Shown here one piece after another: positions 57,599-61,488 of a stretch of DNA of 61,488 nucleotides. The position numbers and the translations under genes were made by a program. The notes under the pieces are model-generated. The model was given only the letters and a program-made list of their open reading frames with translations. It was not told where the DNA came from and did no database searches. Position 1 is the stretch's first letter; each line of letters opens with the position of its first letter. This stretch comes from a virus (lineage: Duplodnaviria; Heunggongvirae; Uroviricota; Caudoviricetes), in the IMG/VR virus record IMGVR_UViG_2908567220_000003. The stretch is one strand, 5' to 3'.

Positions 57599-60070
57599 AT
57601 GAGTAAAGTCTTTATTTGCGCCGCCATTCCTGACGAACTGGCAACAAGGGAAGAAGGCGCTGTGGCTGTAGCCACAGCCATTGAAGCTGGCGACGAACGC
57701 CGTGCTCGAGCAAAATTTCACTGGCAATTCCTGGAACATTATCCGGCTGCTCAGGACTGCGCTTATAAATTTATTATCTGCGAGGATAAACCTGGCATAC
57801 CCCGCCCTGCCCTCGATTCATGGGATGCTGAATATATGCAGGAAAACCGCTGGGATGAGGATTCTGCTTCTTTTGTCCCGGTTGAGACTGAATCCGATCT
57901 GATGAACGTCACTTTTGACAAGCTGGCCCCTGAAGTACAGAACGCTCTCATGGTTAAGTTCGACACATGTGAAAACATCACCGTTGATATGGTTATTAGC
58001 GCACAGGAATTGTTGCAGGAAGACATGGCAACATTCGACGGACATATCGTTGAAGCGTTGATGAAAATGCCAGAAGTTAACGCCATGTATCCGGAGCTTA
58101 AGCTGCATGCCATCGGGTGGGTTAAGCATAAATGTAAGCCTGGTGCCAAATGGCCCGAAATTCAGGCAGAGATGCGCATCTGGAAAAAACGTCGCGAAGG
58201 TGAACGCAAGGAAACCGGAAAATACACGTCTGTTGTTGATCTCGCCCGCGCCAGAGTCAATCAACAGCACACTGAAAATTCAACAGGAAAAATCAGCCTG
58301 GTCATTGCTGCCATTCATCGCGAATACAAGCAGACATGGAAAACACTGGATGACGAACTGGCCTACGCTCTCTGGCCTGGTGATGTGGATGCCGGAAACA
58401 TTGACGGCAGCATCCATCGCTGGGCAAAAAATGAAGTTATCGACAACGACCGCGAAGACTGGAAGCGTATCTCGGCATCAATGCGCAAACAGCCTGATGC
58501 CCTTCGCTACGACCGCCAGACTATTTTTGGCCTTGTCCGTGAACGTCCGATCGACATTCACAAAGACCCTGTGGCACTGAACAAATACATTACTGAATAC
58601 CTGACTACAAAGGGCGTGTTTGAAGATGAAGGAAGAAATCAGAGCGCAACTGATACTCTCTCGTCGCCAGTACCAGAAACTGATGCAGTGGAAACGGCAA
58701 TTCCGGACAACGAAAAAACCGAATGCAAAGTGGAAGTCGAACCATCTGTAGAGCGTGAGGGGCCGTTCTACTTCCTCTTCACCGACAAGGATGGCGAAAA
58801 ATACGGTCGCGCAAACAAACTTTCTGGTCTGGATAAGGCACTGGCTGCCGGGGCTACTGAAATCACGAAAGAAGAATATTTCGCCCGCAAAAACGGTACA
58901 TACTCAGGTTCACAACAAAATACTGGTGCATCTGACACGACCGCACAACCAGGGCCGGTAAAAGTTACCGCTGACGAAGTAAACAAAATTATGCAGGCAG
59001 CCAATATCAGCCAGCCTGACGCCGATAAGTTGCTTGCTGCCTCTCGCGGAGAATTTGTTGCAGGGATTAGCGACCCGAATGATCCGAAATGGGTTAAGGG
59101 GATCCAGACCCGCGATTCTGTAAACCAGAACCAGCATGAATCGGAACGGAACTACCAAAAAGCGGAACAAAACAGCCCAAATGCGTTACAAAACGAGCCA
59201 GAAACGAAACAGCCTGAACCAGTGGCGCAACAGGAAGTGGAAAAAGTCTGCACCGCCTGCGGTCAGACCGGCGGCGGCAACTGCCCTGATTGTGGCGCGG
59301 TGATGGGCGACGCAACATACCAGGAAACATTCGATGAAGAGTATCAGGTTGAAGTTCAGGAAGATGATCCGGAGGAAATGGAAGGCGCTGAACATCCACA
59401 CAAGGAGAATACTGGCGGCAATCAGCATCACGATAGCGATAATGAAACTGGCGAGACGGCAGATCACTCAATTAAGGTGAACGGTCATCAAGAAATCACA
59501 TCCACCAGCAGGACGTGTGACCATCTAATGATCGACCTTGAAACCATGGGAAAAAATCCTGATGCCCCGATCATCTCAATAGGTGCAATATTTTTCGATC
59601 CGCAAACCGGAGATATGGGACCGGAATTTAGTAAGACTATCGATCTGGAAACTGCTGGCGGAGTCATTGATCGAGACACCATTAAATGGTGGCTTAAGCA
59701 ATCACGCGAAGCGCAATCTGCCATTATGACCGATGAAATCCCGTTAGATGATGCACTGTTACAATTGCGGGAATTTATCGACGAAAACTCCGGTGAATTT
59801 TTTGTTCAGGTCTGGGGAAATGGAGCCAACTTCGACAACACGATTTTGCGCCGTTCATACGAACGGCAGGGGATCCCCTGCCCGTGGCGTTACTACAACG
59901 ATCGCGATGTACGCACAATCGTTGAGCTGGGGAAAGCCATAGACTTCGATGCCAGAACGGCTATTCCATTCGAAGGTGAGCGCCATAATGCACTTGATGA
60001 CGCCCGTTACCAGGCAAAATACGTTTCAGTTATCTGGCAAAAACTGATCCCGAGTCAGGCTGATTTTTAA
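57599..60070 (+). CDS. large early protein with C-terminal DnaQ-like 3-prime-5-prime exonuclease domain
   Basis: 823-aa ORF; C-terminal Exo motifs (IDLETMG, WGNGANFD, HNALDDARYQ); ATG verified. Confidence 0.6.
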   Translation: MSKVFICAAIPDELATREEGAVAVATAIEAGDERRARAKFHWQFLEHYPAAQDCAYKFIICEDKPGIPRPALDSWDAEYMQENRWDEDSASFVPVETESDLMNVTFDKLAPEVQNALMVKFDTCENITVDMVISAQELLQEDMATFDGHIVEALMKMPEVNAMYPELKLHAIGWVKHKCKPGAKWPEIQAEMRIWKKRREGERKETGKYTSVVDLARARVNQQHTENSTGKISLVIAAIHREYKQTWKTLDDELAYALWPGDVDAGNIDGSIHRWAKNEVIDNDREDWKRISASMRKQPDALRYDRQTIFGLVRERPIDIHKDPVALNKYITEYLTTKGVFEDEGRNQSATDTLSSPVPETDAVETAIPDNEKTECKVEVEPSVEREGPFYFLFTDKDGEKYGRANKLSGLDKALAAGATEITKEEYFARKNGTYSGSQQNTGASDTTAQPGPVKVTADEVNKIMQAANISQPDADKLLAASRGEFVAGISDPNDPKWVKGIQTRDSVNQNQHESERNYQKAEQNSPNALQNEPETKQPEPVAQQEVEKVCTACGQTGGGNCPDCGAVMGDATYQETFDEEYQVEVQEDDPEEMEGAEHPHKENTGGNQHHDSDNETGETADHSIKVNGHQEITSTSRTCDHLMIDLETMGKNPDAPIISIGAIFFDPQTGDMGPEFSKTIDLETAGGVIDRDTIKWWLKQSREAQSAIMTDEIPLDDALLQLREFIDENSGEFFVQVWGNGANFDNTILRRSYERQGIPCPWRYYNDRDVRTIVELGKAIDFDARTAIPFEGERHNALDDARYQAKYVSVIWQKLIPSQADF

Positions 60071-60131
60071 TGTTCAACCGTCGCCAGTTGTCGTTGATAT
60101 TCTGCAACTGGCGCGTTCCGGAGTGATAGCC

Positions 60132-60401
60132 ATGAGCGAACAGTACCTGATAACGCTCGACGAGTGGAAACCAAAACGGTTCAGTCTCCCAATAACAAAC
60201 ACTACCCTGGTGAAATACGGAAAACTAGGATACATCGTTCCAAGGCCACAAAAAATTCGTGGGCGTTGGCTGATAGATCGCCGAGCAGTATTTGTTGGGC
60301 CTGGTGAAACGGGAATTGCGCCGGAAATTCATACTGGCGATGATGATGCACTGAAGGAGATTTTAACTCATGTCACCGAGGCCACGAAAAAACAGCACTG
60401 A
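60132..60401 (+). CDS. xis: excisionase-like protein
   Basis: track ORF 60123..60401 starts at GTG; ATG at 60132; overlaps int start. Confidence 0.6.
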   Translation: MSEQYLITLDEWKPKRFSLPITNTTLVKYGKLGYIVPRPQKIRGRWLIDRRAVFVGPGETGIAPEIHTGDDDALKEILTHVTEATKKQH

Positions 60402-61488
60402 CGTAGCCGGTCTTTACGAAAAGTTTGATCGCAGAACTGGCAGAGTTTACTACCAGTATAAAAATCCTGTGACTGGAAAATTTCACGGACTCGGAACAGA
60501 CAAAGGTAAGGCAGAAAAAATCGCTTCCACAGCCAATCAGCGAATAGCTGCAGCAGAAGCTGAATATTTCATGCGCAAAATTGATGAAAGTCCGTCAGCA
60601 ACAAAACGTCGGGGTATCAGATTAAAGGCATGGGTTGATCGATATCTGAAAATACAGGACACACGACTGAAAAATGGAGATATTGCAGCTACAACTCACA
60701 AAGAAAAAACTCGAATGGCTGCATACCTGGTTTCCCGTCTGGGAAACCACCCATTGAAAGAACTGGAAGTAAGAGACTTTGCATTAATACTGGATGAGTG
60801 GCTGGATAAAGACATGGTCAGCACAGCGAGAGTAAATCGTGGATTATGGGTTGATATTTATAAAGAAGCACAGCATGCAGGGGAAGTTCCTCCTGGATGG
60901 AATCCTCCGGAGGCTACCCGTAAACCGATCCCTAAAGTAACCAGAGCCAGGCTCACCATGGAAGACTGGCAAAAAATTTACAATGCAACGCCTGAAAAAC
61001 ACTTTATCCGTAACGCAATGCTTCTTGCGATTGTTACTGGTCAGCGCCGTGATGACATTTGCCACATGCGTTTTTCAGATGTGTGGAACGAACACTTGCA
61101 TATCACCCAGGGAAAAACCGGAATGCGTCTGGCGTTACCGCTTACACTACGCTGTGATGCCATTGGGATAACGTTAAAAGAAGTTATTGATGGGTGCCGA
61201 GACAGAATATTAAGTCCATATCTAATCCATAGTCGGCACCAGAAACAACCGAAGCCGATGAGTAAAGACAACCTGAGCGACTACTTTGCCAAAGCACGGG
61301 ATCTGGCTGGGATAATTCCACCAGCAGGAAAAACTCCGCCAACATTTCATGAACAACGCTCTCTATCAGAACGGCTGTACCGTGCACAGGGTATCGATAC
61401 AAAAACATTACTAGGACATAAAGTCCAGGCAACCACCGATCGCTATAACGATACTCGAGGTCAGGAATGGGTTAAGTTGGTTATTTAA
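60370..61488 (+). CDS. int: tyrosine integrase, lambda family (prophage)
   Basis: 372-aa ORF with C-terminal catalytic region; stop TAA at window end. Confidence 0.85.
   Translation: MSPRPRKNSTDVAGLYEKFDRRTGRVYYQYKNPVTGKFHGLGTDKGKAEKIASTANQRIAAAEAEYFMRKIDESPSATKRRGIRLKAWVDRYLKIQDTRLKNGDIAATTHKEKTRMAAYLVSRLGNHPLKELEVRDFALILDEWLDKDMVSTARVNRGLWVDIYKEAQHAGEVPPGWNPPEATRKPIPKVTRARLTMEDWQKIYNATPEKHFIRNAMLLAIVTGQRRDDICHMRFSDVWNEHLHITQGKTGMRLALPLTLRCDAIGITLKEVIDGCRDRILSPYLIHSRHQKQPKPMSKDNLSDYFAKARDLAGIIPPAGKTPPTFHEQRSLSERLYRAQGIDTKTLLGHKVQATTDRYNDTRGQEWVKLVI

Overview
This window is almost entirely a lambdoid prophage (enterobacterial, E. coli-like by gene content) lying in inverted orientation: the late, lysis, head and tail genes are on the minus strand and the immunity, dicBF-like, exonuclease and xis/int genes are on the plus strand at the right end. 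The prophage has a Rac/Qin-like immunity and dicF-dicB early region, lambda-type Q, S/R/Rz/Rz1 and bor, an HK97-type head module, and a lambda-type tail (GT frameshift, H, M, L, K, I, J, lom, stf). The main finding is that its terminase large-subunit gene is split into an N-terminal fragment (38519..39546) and a C-terminal fragment (19831..20574) by an ~18-kb self-contained integrative element (20561..38525) bounded by a 7-bp direct repeat, TTACCAA on the minus strand. Removing the element restores one continuous terL reading frame. The element carries its own P4-type integrase, AlpA, a Bro-N protein, an RHH-type regulator with palindromic operators, a DUF927 primase/helicase, an SSB with a DIPF tail, two iteron clusters, and a complete second HK97-type capsid and packaging set (MCP, protease, portal, connector, HNH, TerS, TerL) but no tail genes. 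That is the architecture of a capsid-forming phage satellite (cf-PICI-like) nested inside its likely helper prophage. Two identical 2704-bp IS66-family copies with different 8-bp target duplications sit in the satellite (34295..36998) and in the prophage (47690..50393). All calls come from reading the sequence and the ORF track with remembered family knowledge; no database search was run, and several start codons are non-ATG or uncertain.
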